In this document: positions 49,401 to 61,960 of the stretch, piece after piece
Layout: each line of letters starts with the position of its first letter
Numbering within the stretch: the stretch's first letter is position 1
NCBI RefSeq assembly: GCF_963921235.1
Contig: NC_086101.1
Span: 3,908,001 to 3,972,000, forward strand
Origin: Mobula hypostoma
Lineage: Eukaryota
Direction of reading: 5' to 3'
DNA: 64,000 bases
Made by a program: the position numbers and the translations under genes
Notes under the pieces: model-generated
Databases searched by the model: none
Seen by the model: the letters and a program-made list of their open reading frames with translations, nothing else
What the model was told of the DNA's origin: nothing

Positions 49401-49536
49401 CATAGCATGTGTTGTCCTCTTGACTGGGGTCATTTCCCCCTGTGCAGAGGAATCTGTCGGTGACCACTTCCCTCACATCTTTCACATGCCGATATTCCGT
49501 AGACTCCAGCGCTTTCCTCTCGCAAGCTAACCGCGG
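49401..49536 (-). CDS. CFB: Complement factor B/C2-family serine protease domain exon (third from last)
   Basis: ttcctgcag|CCG; PRLACERKALESTEYRHVKDVREVVTDRFLCTGGNDPSQEDNTCY G|gtgag; resembles the factor B segment VKDISEVVTPRFLCTGG...NTC; 136 nt, phase 0 to 1. Confidence 0.88.
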
Positions 49537-49799
49537 CTGCAGGAAACCAATATGGCAGTGAGTCCACCGGGAGTCCAGGCCACCCAAGCCAGCCGCCGCC
49601 ACAGGGCTTCCTCCCAACCCTCGTGTCGACCCATGAGGAAACAGTGCCATGTAAAGAGACAGGGATAAGCCGAACGCTGGGAATTGCGAAGAGCCTTTCT
49701 TGGAAGTTCCTCAAGAACTGGACCTGAACATTCTACCCACGTGCCTCAAAATTCAAATTCTGGGGAAATTTATTATTAATGTACATATATGTCACCATA

Positions 49800-50740
49800 T
49801 ACAAGTCAAGTCACTTTTTATTGTCATTTCGTCCATAACTGCTGGTACAGTACACAGTAAAAACGAGACAACGTTTTCAGGATCATGGTGCTACATGAAA
49901 CAATACAAAAGCTACACTGGACTACGTAAAACAACACAAAACTACACTAGACTACAGACCTACACAGGACTTCATAAAGTGCACAAGACAGTGCAGGCAA
50001 TACAATAAATAATAAACAAGACAATAGGCACAGTAGAGGGTGGTAGGTTGGTGTCAGTCCAGGCTCTGGGTATTGAGGAGTCTGATGGCTTGGGGTTAGA
50101 AACTGTTACGTAGTCTGGTCGTGAGAGCCCGAATGCTTCTGCGATTCATTTTCTTGCAGGCATTCACAGTATTTACCATGAAACAAAAAAGAAATAAAAA
50201 TAATGCTTTGAAAGCACAAACTGGAGATTGTTCAGGAGTTTGCTACCCATGGCAACCACGTTAATGTCGACGGGTATGTGGGTTCTGTGACCAGGTACAC
50301 GGAGAAGTGAACAGAGGATGTCACCATCACGAGACACATCGGGGTGAGGGCAAATCAGAAGCCATGGCTTACCGCAGACACTCGTGCCAGGCCGCGGGAT
50401 CGTGATGCTGCTTTCAGATCGGGAGATGCGATACCTGTCAGGAAAACAAGCACTGTGTTTTCCCACTCCCCAGGAAGGCGAACTGGGAGCATTCTCAGGG
50501 AACTTACAATCGCTTTTGCGATATCCACAGACACAAGTTGCATATGGCAGGGAATGTAGAGGTTTACAGACTACAAGTCTACCCTGCATGTCAGTGACCA
50601 GGGTATCTCACTCTCTGAGAGGCTGAAAGTCTTCTACGCCCAGTACGATGCACGGAAACAAGTTGGGCAAGGAAGGCAATCCTCACCCCAGGGGAGTAGA
50701 CACTCTGTCTGGCTAAAGCTGAGGTGAAGAAGACCCGGGC
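49800..50740. mobile_element. Rex1-like LINE pieces (3' end on -, internal piece on +)
   Basis: (CAAGT)n tail at 49802; NQKPWL...RDAAFRSGD at 50344-50559. Confidence 0.6.
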
Positions 50741-50840
50741 TAAGGCCCAAGGATGTGGTGCTGAGGATTTATAAGGCACTGGTGAGGCCTCACCTTGAGT
50801 ATTGTGAACTGTTTTGAGCCCCTCATCTTAGAAGAGATAT

Positions 50841-51143
50841 GCAGTGTCCAGATGTGCAAAGCTGATAGACATCTATCCACACAGACTCAAGGGTGTGATA
50901 TCTGCCAGAGATGCATCTGCTAACTACTGACTTGAAGGTGAATACTTATGCAGTCAACTATTTTGTGTTTTATACTTGTAATTAACTTAGATAACATTGT
51001 AGAGATCTGTTTTCACTTAAACATTGTGTTTTTTTCTGTTGATCGGATTCAAAAAAGCCAAATTAAATCCACTGTGATTCAACATTGTAAAACAATAAAA
51101 CATGAAATCTTCCAGGGGGGTTGAATACTTTTTATAGGCACTA
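50841..51143 (+). mobile_element. 3' end/TIR remnant of the same Tc1 family as 14297-15853
   Basis: Transposase C-terminus (YPHRL..VI..K.ASxxY) plus TIR ending TGAATACTTTTTATAGGCACT. Confidence 0.8.
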
Positions 51144-51149
51144 CATCTT

Positions 51150-52290
51150 GGTCTGAAACTGACCTGTTAAATCTACAAAGAAAAATAAGTACTGAAATGA
51201 AAAATTTCAGAAAACATTATGTACACTCGAATATGCTTAAACTAGCACTAATTATGACAGAAGGGGGAAGAGGATCAACAGACATTAAAAATCTGCACAA
51301 CAGTCAGATAAAACTTTTAAGGATATACTTTCATCAACGTTCAGCACTCCCTGTGAGCAGACGCAATTCTGATAAGACCTATCCACCACTAATCTTAAGT
51401 GAGAGCAGAACCAGAGAAAAAAATCACGATTAAAGAGAAAAATGGAAAAGCAGGACCCTCCATGGAAGACATCCTCATGATGTGAGCAGACTAGATGTCG
51501 AGAAGGAAGCATCGAACACCTGGCTCAGAGTTCAATATCTCTTCCCAGAGACAGAAGGGTTCATCGTGGCAATACGGGACCAGGTGATTAACACAAAAAA
51601 ATGATCAAAGATGCATAATAAAAGACCAACAAATTCAAGACAACAAATGCAGAAAATGCCAAGAGAAACCAGAAACAATCCAACACATGACAGGATCCTG
51701 CAGCAGTTTAACTCAATCTGATTACTTACAGAGATGCTGACATTATTCATCAGAATCTTGCTCTTAAAAAAAAATTCAGAAAAGAAATCATACCTTACTA
51801 CAAATACAAGCCTGATCCAGTTTTAGAGTGAAAATCCCAAAAATTGTTTGACAACCATTTCATTGTAAACAGACAGGACAATCCATATTAACTGTCCAGA
51901 TATAATAACACAGGATAAACAAGCAAGGACAACTCACTTAATATATATCACCATTCCAAACACACAAAACGTACAGAAATCAGTAAGTGAAAAACACGAG
52001 AAAAATGCTGAATTAAAAGAGGAAATTGAAAGACTACCGAACATTGACAAGGTGTGCAATGTCCTGATAGTAATATCTACAGCTGATGTCATCCCAAAGT
52101 CACTACACGATATCAATAAACAATTAGGGTTCCACAGCAATATCTGTGTAAATTTCCAGAAACCACAATACTAAACATCACTAGAATTGTCTGACAGGTT
52201 CTGGCAATTGACAAATGAGAGTGCTTGGCTACGCCTGTAGCTCAGACTTTACCAGCTTGAGCTGAGAAAAAATGAATAATGATAGTAAAT
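51150..52290 (+). mobile_element. Degraded R4/Dong-like RLE non-LTR retrotransposon 3' part
   Basis: EGGRG, TEGFI.AI.DQVI.T, CRKC...ETIQH CCHC finger, N.PDI..(D) restriction-like endonuclease remnants; TAA-rich tail. Confidence 0.7.
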
Positions 52291-53029
52291 AAGCAATATT
52301 AACTGGAACATTCGATGAAAATTCCTCGAAGGTGATTTCACGGGTTTTGGGAACACTCCACTGCTCAGATGAGTGAAGTTTAGTGAGGTCATCCACTCTG
52401 CTTCAACAGCCTAATAGCTGAGGTATAATGGCCATTCCTAAACGTGGTGGTGTGGGTGCTGAGGCTCCTGTACCTGCATGATGGCATGGCCCGGATGCCT
52501 GGGGTCCTCGATGATGATGATGCTGCTGCTTTGTGGTGACAGTGCCTCATGTAGATGTGACCAGTCGTGGGGAGGGCTTTCGATCTGATAGACTATTCTG
52601 AGTTGTAGGCTTTTCCTCTATTGTACTGGTATTTCCATACCAGACCATGATGCTACCAGTCAATACACTCTCCACCACATAGACAGGTTTGTCAAAGTTT
52701 TAGATGACATGCTGAACCTGAGATCACAGGACCATAAGATATAGGAGAAGAATTAGGCTATTTGGTCCATTGAGTCTGCTCTGCCATTTCATCATGGCTG
52801 ATCCATTTATGGAATCCTACACAAGACTCCCGAATCCCTTTGCACCTTAGACTTTTGAAATTTATCTCCATTTAGACTTGTGTTTTATTTATACATTTCC
52901 CAACACTGTATTTCATCTGACATTTCTCCTATTCTTCTAATCTGCCTAAGTCTTTCTGCAACCTCTCTACTTCCTCAAAATTACCTGACCCTGACCCTGA
53001 CCTATCATTGTATAACCCACAATTGATTC

Positions 53030-53780
53030 TTGAAAGATCAGTACTTTATGTTGACTTTAGGAGAGCATGGAGCGATCACTCTCCGCTTAACATCGACGGC
53101 TCCTCCATAGAGATTGTACAAATTTCTTGATGTTCACCTGACGGAGAATCTCACTTGGTCCCTCAACACTAGCTCCATAGCTAAGAAAGCCCAGCAGCGT
53201 CTCTACTTTCTGAGAAGGCTGAGAAAAGTCCATCTCCCAACCCCATCCTCACCTCATTCTACAAAGGTTGTATCGACAGCATCCTGAGCAACTGCATCAC
53301 TACCTGGTTCAGAAATTGCACCGTCTCGGATGCAAGACCCTGCAGCGGATAGTGAGATCAGCTGAGAAGATCATTGGGGTCTCCCTTCCCACCAGTACAG
53401 ACATTTATACCTTATGCTGTATCCGCAAAGCTAACAGCATTATGAAGGACCCCACACACCCCTCACACAAACTTTTCTCCCTCCTGCCATCTGGCAAAAG
53501 GCTCTAAAGTATGCGGGGTCTCATGACCAGACTATGTAACAGTTTCTTCCCCCAAGCCATCGGACTCCTCAATACCCAGTCCAGACTGACACCAACCTAT
53601 AGTCCTGTGTAGGTCTGTAGTCTAGTGTAGCATTTGAGTTGTTTTATGTAGTCCAAAGTAGTTTTTGTATTGTTTCATGTAGCACCAAGGTCCTGAAAAC
53701 ATTGTCTCATTTTTACTGTGTACTGTACCAGCAGTTATGGTCAAAACGACAATAAAAAGTAACTTGACTTGACTTGACTA
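53030..53780 (+). mobile_element. Rex1-like LINE 3' fragment with (GACTT)n tail
   Basis: KKAQQRLYFLRRL, LQRIVRSAEKIIG...KDPTHPSHKLFSLLPSG. Confidence 0.85.
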
Positions 53781-53817
53781 ATGATTCTACAATCTCTTTG
53801 GCCACGTCTTTAAAAAC

Positions 53818-56800
53818 CATGAACATAGAACATAGAATAGTACAGCACAGTACAGGCCATTCGGCCCACAATGCTGTGCTGACCCTCAAACCCTGCTTCC
53901 CATATAAGCCCCCAGCTTAGATTCCTCCATATACCTGTCTAGTAGTCTCTTAAACTTCACTAGTGTATCTGCCTCCACCACTGACTCAGGCAGTGCATTC
54001 CACGCACCAACCACTCTCTGAGTAAAAAACCTTCCTCTATTATCCCCCTTGAACTTCCCACCCCTTACCTTAAAGCCATGTCCTCTTGTATTGAGCAGTG
54101 GTGCCCTGGGGAAGAGGCGTTGGCTATCCACTCTATCTATTCCTCTTATTATCTTGTACACCTCTATCATGTCTCCTCTCATCCTCCTTCTCTCCAAAGA
54201 GTAAAGCCCTAGCTCCCTTAATCTCTGATCATAACGCATACGTTCTAAACCAGGCAGAATCCTGGTAAATCTCCTCTGTACCCTTTCCAATGCTTCCACA
54301 TCCTTCCTATAGTAAGGTGACCAGAACTGGACACAGTACTCCAAGTGTGGCCTAACCAGAGTTTTATGGAGCTGCATCATTACATCGCGACTCTTAAACT
54401 CTATCCCTCGACTTACGAAAGCTAACACCCCATAAGCTTTCTTAACTACCCTATCCACCTGTGAGGCAACTTTCAGGGATCTGTGGACATGTACCCCGAA
54501 ATCCCTCTGCTCCTACACACTACCAAGTATCCTGACATTTACTTTGTACTCTGCTTTGGAGTTTGTCCTTCCAAAGTGTACCACCTCACACTTCTCCGGG
54601 TTGAACTCCATCTGCCAATTCTCAGCCCACTTCTGCATCCTATCAATGTCTCTCTGCAATCTTTGACAATCCTCTACACTATCTACAACACCACCAGCCT
54701 TTGTGCCGTCTGCAAACTTGCCAGCCCAGCCTTCTAACACCTCATCCAGGTCGTTAATAAAAATCACGAAAAGAAGAGGTCCCAGAACAGATCCTTGTGG
54801 GACACCACTAGTCACAATCCTCCAATCTGAATGTACTCCCTCCACCACCACCCTCTGCCTTTTGCAGGCAAGCCAATTCTGGATCCACCTGGCCAAACTT
54901 CCCTGGATCCCATGCCTTCTAACTTTATTAATAAGCCTACAGTGTGGAACCTTGTCAAATGTCTTACTAAAATCCATATAGATCACATCCACTGCACTAC
55001 CCTCATATATATGCCTGGTCTCCTCCTCAAAGAACTCTATCAGGTTTGTTAGACATGATCTGCCCTTCACAAAGCCATGCTGACTGTCCCTGATCAGACC
55101 ATGATTCTCTAAATGCCTATAAATCCTATCTCTAAGAATCTTTTCCAACAGCTTTCCCACCACAGACGTTTAGGCTCACTGGTCTATAATTACACAGACT
55201 GTCCCTACTTCCTTTTTTGAACAAGGGGACAACATTCGCCTCCCTCCAATCCTCCGGTACCATTCCCGTGGACAACGAGGACATAAAGATCCTAACCAGA
55301 GGCTCAGCAATCTCTTCCCTCGCCTTATGGAGCAGCCTGGGGAATATTCTGTCAGGCACAGGGGACTTACCCGTCCTAATGTGTTTTAACAACTCCAACA
55401 CCACCTCTCCCTTAATATCAACATGCTCCAGAACATCAACCTCATTCATATTGTCCGTACCATCATCAAGTTCCCTCTGATTGGTGAATACCGAATAGAG
55501 ATATTCATTGAGGACCTTGCTCGCTTCCACAGCCTCAGGGCACGTCTTCCCACCTTTATCTCTAATTGGTCCTACCTTCACTCCTGTCATCCTTTTTTTC
55601 TTCACATAACTGAAGAATGCCTTGGGGTTTTCCTTTACCCTACTCGCCAAGGCCTTCTCATGCCCCCTTCTTGCTCTTCTCAGCCCTTTCTTAAGCTCCT
55701 TTCTTGCTTCCCTATATTCCTCAATAGACCCATCTGATCCTTGCTTCCTAAACCTCATGTATGCTGCCTTTTTCCACCTGACTAGATTTTCCACCTCACT
55801 TGTCGCCCATGGTTCCTTCACCCTACCATTCTTTATCTTCCTCACCAGGACAAATTTATCCCTAACATACCGCAAGAGATCTCTAAACATCAACCACATG
55901 TACATAGGACATTTCCCTGCAAAAACATCATCCCAATTCACACCCGCAAGTTCTAGCCTTATAGCCTCATAATTTGCTCTTCCCCAATTAAAAATTTTCC
56001 TGTCCTCTCTGATTCTATCCTTTTCCATAGTAATGCTGAAGGTCAGGGAGCGGTGGTCACTGTCCCCCAGATGCTCACCCACTGAGAGATCTGTGACCTG
56101 ACCCGGTTCATTACCTAATACCTAATAGATCTAGTATGGCATTCCCCTTGGTCGGCCTGTCCACATACTGTGACAGGAATCTGTCGCGGACACACTTAAC
56201 AAACTCTGCCCCATCTAAACCCTTGGAACTAAACAGGCGCCAATCAATATTAGGGAAGGTAAAGTCACCCATGATAAAAACCCTGTTATTTTTCCACCTT
56301 TCCAAAATCTGCCTCCCAATCTGCTCCTCTGTATCTCTGCTGCTACCAGGGGGCCTACAGAATACCCCCAGTAGCGTAACTGCTCCCTTCCTGTTCCTGA
56401 CTTCCACCCATACTGACTCAAAAGAGGATCCTGCTACATTACCCACCCTTTCTGTTGTTGTAATAGTATCCCTGACCAGTAATGCCACCCCTCCTCCCCC
56501 TTTTCCGCCCTCTCTATACTTTTTAAAGCACTGAAATCCAGGAATATTGAGAATCCATTCCTGCCCTGGTGCCAGCCAAGTCTCTGTAATGGCCACTACA
56601 TCATAATTCCATGTACGTATCCAAGCTCTCAGTTCATCACCTTTGTTCCTGATGCTTCTTGCATTGAGGTACACACATTTCAGCCCTTCTACCTTACTGT
56701 CTTTACACCATTTATTCTGCTTCTCTTTCCTCAAAGTCTCTCCATATGTTAGATCTGGCTTTACTCCATGCACTTCTTTCACTGCTCTATCGCTCTGGGT

Positions 56801-56880
56801 CCCATCCCCCTCGCAAATTAGTTTAAACCCTCCCGAACCGTGGCAGCGAACCTACCTGCAAGGATAGTGCTGCCCCTCGA
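53818..56880 (-). mobile_element. CR1, same young subfamily as 2905-7131, truncated at the end of ORF1
   Basis: ORF pieces 56111-56782, 55132-56082, 54513-55163 and 53886-54458 near-identical to the first copy; three frameshifts. Confidence 0.93.
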
Positions 56881-57019
56881 GAGCAATAGAAGAGTAATGC
56901 GACCCGTCCTCCCCCAGAAGAGTGGGTGCTTGCAGGCTTGAGCCAGATTGGGGTGGACTAGTCCCCAGGGCCTGAGCAGGTGTCTAATTGACCTTAATGC
57001 AGGGTAGTGCTGACATTGC

Positions 57020-58390
57020 AAGGGCTCTGCCAGAGATATTTAAAACATAACTTTGTCAGGGGTGAGGTGCTGGAAGACTGGATGATAGCTAATGATGTTC
57101 TGCTGTTGAAGAATGGCTCTAACATAAAATTATAAATCAGCGAGCCTGAAGTCATAGCGGGTAAGAGCTAGGAGAGATACTTGCATGAATAGGACCTGAT
57201 TAGGAACAGACAACATGGTTTTGTGCATGGTGGGTCATGCCCAACCAATATTTTTGAGCAGGTTACAAAGGCGGTTGATGAGGAAAAGGCGGTGGATGTC
57301 GTTCAGATGGACTTTAGAAAAGGTTTCAATGCCAGTAGGGGAGACTGATCTGGCAAGTTACTGCACTTGGCATTCAGGGTGAAGGAGATAATTAAATTCA
57401 ACACCAGCGCAGCAGAAGGCAGAGACTCTGTTTGGAGTCCTGTGACTCATGGTGTGCTGCTGGGACCGATGTTTGTCGTTTTGATTTTGATGATAACATG
57501 GTAATTGGGATGCACAAATGTGGGGATGACACCAAGACTGGAGCAGCAGGGCAGCTATCAAAGCGTGCAGCAGGATCTGGACCAGTGGAAAAGTAGGCTG
57601 AATTGGTAAATAGAATTGAGTGTAGACAGTGTCACGTGTTGCATGTTGACAGGACAAACTTGGATAAGACAGGTGTATGGATGGTAGGGCATTGAAGTGT
57701 TCAACGGAACAAAAGGATTTGGGAATACGGATCCAAAATTCCATGAAATCAGCATCAAAAGTTGCTTTTTGAACTTTGGCCATAAATCAGGGCTCTGAAT
57801 ACAGGAGTTAGGATGTTATGTTGAGGTCGTACAAGATGTTGGTGAGACTAAATTTGGAGTATTTTGTGTAGGTCTGGTCACACACCTACTGGAAAGCAAA
57901 AGGAGTGCAGAGAAAACTTACACAGATGCTGCTTAGTTGGGACTTTATTTAGTGGAACTCAAGAGATAGAGGAGATCTTCCAGAGAGCCATATAAGTTAT
58001 GAGAGGCTTCCACTGAGAGAATGCTTGTAGATTATTCCCACCATCTGGGTGAGACTAGAACTAGTGATTTATAGCTTTAAGGCTGGGGTACCCAACCTGG
58101 AGTCCACAGAACCCTCTGTTAATTGTAGGAGTCCATGGCATAAAATAGATTGGGACTCCCTAGTTTAGGGTGAAGGATGAAATATTTAAGGGGGAACTGA
58201 GGGACAACTTCTTCACTTGAGGGTGGTGAAGAGTGGTAGATGCAGCTTGATTAACAGTTAAGAGAATTCTGATAAGGTACACGGATGAGAAAGGAATGGA
58301 AGTCTTTGGGCTGGGTGTGGTTAGGTGAGACTCATCAGGAGACAATGGAGCACAGACTAGATGGGCTGAAGGACCTCTTTCTGTACTGTA
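57020..58390 (+). mobile_element. Old degraded CR1 with an inserted MITE (58083-58162)
   Basis: Decayed EDW..ANV, QHGF and MDF motifs. Confidence 0.65.
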
Positions 58391-58540
58391 GTTGATAATG
58401 ACTCTATGCAATCACCATGCAGACAGCACCAGAGGACTGGATCGAAATCAGTGCACTGGCGCTATGATACCCTGCCATTGCGTTTTAAAGGAAACAAATT
58501 TGCACAACATCACTGGAAATTCTGCTCAGAAATGCCTCAC

Positions 58541-59098
58541 CCGAACTCTGGAAATCTTCTCTTTCTGTTTCTGCTCCATTTTCACGAGGTTGGATTTCTT
58601 TTTTCTGAGAGAGTCTAAGGAGGATTTAACACAATCCTGGAAATAAAAGAGTGAAGGAATTAGACAATAAAGATGCAACAGAGTAAAGACGCGATCTAAA
58701 GCGGGATACTTTATAGATTTTAATAGCTTCTTGAATCGACAGGAATCGGTGCTTGTACACATCACAAACATCAGTTTCTTGTCCGCTTCACAAAACATCT
58801 TCAGTTCTTCCTCATGTTCCTTACAGTGAAATTTAATTTCCTTCTCCTTTGTAGTTAGGGTTAGTCCTCGAAATTTATCGGACAGAATTAAGTCCCGATT
58901 GACCCTGAGGGTGCGGTATGCAAACTGCTCTCTACACTGCGAGCAGGAGTTTCTCTCCGCCTTTTCCCAACAGCGAGTGATGCAGGAACGGCAGAAGCTG
59001 TGCCCGCATTCCGGTGAGACGGGATCGGTGAAGAAATCCAGGCATATGGGACAAATTGCGTCTTCGGTTAAACTCTCGATCTGTCCTTTCGAAGCCAT
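58541..59098 (-). pseudogene. Truncated, frameshifted TRIM paralogue (exon 1 59098-58710, exon 2 58636-58541)
   Basis: RING nearly identical to the + gene; about 19 nt deleted in the B-box, shifting the frame ([15 protein letters not shown] resumes in another frame); 96-nt exon 2 intact; no exon 3-6 or PRY/SPRY ORF found downstream. Confidence 0.8.
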
Positions 59099-59200
59099 TT
59101 TAACTCCCTTTCCACTTCCTGATTCAGAGTCATTTCACTTTCCAGGAGCAGCTGAATCCCTGCAGTACCGCGATTGCCCACTACTGGCGCTGCAGTCTCA
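59099..59200 (-). promoter_or_regulatory. Conserved promoter cassette of the TRIM paralogue (ISRE 59133-59142, ETS 59113-59121)
   Basis: Homologous to 11870-11969; GAAAGTGAAA and CAGGAAGTG identical. Confidence 0.55.
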
Positions 59201-59209
59201 GGGATTGAC

Positions 59210-61960
59210 AAACATGAACGGGAATGAAAGGGACGGGGAGAAGCACAACGGGAGGTGATGGACAGGAAGGAGATAAGGTAAAGGAGGGAAAACGGAATGG
59301 ATAATGGTGAAGGGGGGAGCAAGTAACAGTTCGAGAAATGGATATTCATGCCATCAAGTTGGAGGATTCCACGACAGAATATAAGGTGTTGCTCCTCCAA
59401 CCTGCGAGGGTAGAGGAGGCCATGGACTGACATGTTGGAATGGGAATGCGAAGTAGAATTGAAATGGGTGGCGACCAGGAGATCCCACTTTTTGTGGCAG
59501 CGTGCGCAAAAAATGCTTAAAGAAGTCCGTCTGCCAGTCTCCGTCGAGTCTCTTTGATATAGCAGAGACTACACAGGGAGCACCAGATGAAGTTGAAGAC
59601 CCCAACAAAACTTGCAGGTGAAGTGTCACCTCACCCGAAAGGACTGTATGGGAGCCTGAATAGTAGCAAGGGAAGAGGTTTATGAGTAGCTGTGACTCTT
59701 GTTCCACTTACAAGGATGAGTACCAGGAGGGAGATCAGTGGGAAGGGATGAGTGGTAAAGGGGTTTGTATAGGCAGTGATCCCCGCAGAAAGCGGAAAGT
59801 GTGGGCGAAGGGAAAGACGTGCTAGGTGGTGGGATTGCGCTGGTGATGGTGGAAGTTACAGAGATTTATATGCTGAACACAGAGGCTAGTGGAGTGGAAG
59901 GTGAGGAGGAGAGGAACGCTATCTCTGGTGCAGCGGTCGGAGGATGGACTGAGGGCAGATGTGCGTGAAATGAAAGAGATGTGGTTGAGGGCAGTGTTGA
60001 TTGTGGAGGAAGGGAAGTCTTCTTCCTTGAAGAAGGAGGACATTTCAGTTGGTCTGGAATGTAAAGACTCATTCTGAGAGCAGATGCAGTGGAGATGGAG
60101 GAACTGAAAGAAGAGGATGGCATTTTTACAAGTGACAGGGTGGGAAGGGTCAGTAGCATTAGAAAATACACCAGTAGATAAACTGCCTCCAGAGATGGAG
60201 ACAGAGAAATCAAGAAATGGGAGAGAGGTGTCGGAAAAGGACCAGGTAAATTTGAAGGCAAAGTAGAAGTTGAAGGCAAAATTGATGAAGTCGACCAGCT
60301 CAGCATGGGTAGGGGAGGTAGCACCAATGCAGTGATTGATGCAGCATAGGAAGAGTTGGGAAGTGATGCATGTGTAGTCTTGGACCATGGACTATTCCAC
60401 ATAAGGCCGTAAGGTAGAGGAGCAGAATTAGGCCATTTGGCCCATCAAGTCTGCACTGTCATTGAATCATGACTGATCCTTCATTTCTCTCCTCCTGAAC
60501 TCCAGTTCCCACGCTTCTTCCCGTAAACTTTGATGCCACGTCCAATCAAGAACCTGTCAATCTCTGCCTTAAATACACCCAAGAACCTAGCCTCCCCAGA
60601 TACATGTGACAACAAATTCCACACATTCACCAACCTTTGACTAAAGAAATTTCTCCACATCTCTGTTTTGAAAGGGCGCCCCTCTACCCTGAGGTTGTGC
60701 CCTCTTGTCCTAGACTCTACCACCATGGGAATCATCTTTTTCACATCTACTCTGTCTAGGCCTTACAACATTAGAAAGATTTCAATGAGATCCCCCCTTA
60801 TCCTTCAGAATTACAGTGAGTACAGACCCAGAGCCATTAAACGTTCCTCGTTTGATAACCCTTTCATTGCTGGAATCATCCTTGTGAACTTCCTCTGGAC
60901 CCTCTCCAATGTCAGCACATCTTTTCTATGATGAGGGTCCCAAAACTGTTCACAATACTCAAGGTGAGGCCTCACCAGCTCCTTATTAAGCCTCAGCATC
61001 ACATCCCTGCTCTTGTATTCTAGACCTCTTGAAATGAATGCTGATGTGGCATTTGTTTCCTTCCCACCAACTCAACCTGCAAGTTAACCTTTAGTGTGTT
61101 CTGCACAATGACTCCCAAGTTCCATCGTATCTCAGATTTTGGGATTTTCTCCGCACTTAGAAAATTGTCTGCACATTTATTTCTACCACCGAAGTGCACG
61201 ACCAAGCATTTTCCAGTGTTGTATTTCATTTGCCACTTTCTTGCCCCTTCCCTTTATATGCGTAAGTCCCTCTGTATCCTACCTGTTTCCTCAACAACAA
61301 CTGCCCCTCCACCAATCTTCGTATCATTGCAAACCTGGCAACAAAACCATCTATTCTATCATCTAAATCATTCATATACAGCATAAGAAGAAGTGGTCCC
61401 AAAACCGACCCCTGCGGAACATCATGAGTCACTGGCAGCCAACCAGAAAAAGATCCTTTTATTCTCACTCACTGCCTCCTGCCAATCAGCCAATGTTCTA
61501 ACCATGCCAGTAACTTTCCTGTAATATCATGGGCTCTTAACTTGGTAAGCAGCCTCATTTGTGTCACCTTGTCAAAGACCTTCTGTAAATTCAAATATGC
61601 AATATCCACTGCATCCCCTTTATCTATCCTACTTGTAATCTCCTCAAAGTGTAGCTGCTGAAAAGGCAGCAGAAGTGGAACCCATGCAGAAGTCCATGGC
61701 TACACCTTTGCTTTGAAGGAAGTGGTAGAGCCGAATGAGAAATTGCTGAGCGTGAGGACCAGTTCCGCCAGACAGAGGAGATTGGTGGTGGAGGGGAACT
61801 GCTTGGGTCTGTTGTCCAGAAAGAAGTGGAGAGCTTTAAGGCTCTCTTGACGGGGAATGGAGATGTTTTGGGATTAGACACCCAAAGTGAAAATGAGACG
61901 ATCAGGGCCAGGGAAGTTGAAGTCATTGAAAGGAGCGAGAGTGTGTGATGTGTCTTGGAA
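59210..61960 (-). mobile_element. Penelope-like element RT/GIY-YIG remnant interrupted by a CR1 3' fragment (60403-61650)
   Basis: GVAM...ACLF (about 61700), LKFTW...LPFLD (about 60250), RLEEQHLIF...DGMNI (about 59380). Confidence 0.75.

Noticed and set aside
49802..53780. Long inverted repeat (49802-49970 versus 53600-53778) as TIRs of one element
   Set aside because: Both are 3' UTRs and tails of independent Rex1-like insertions in opposite orientation
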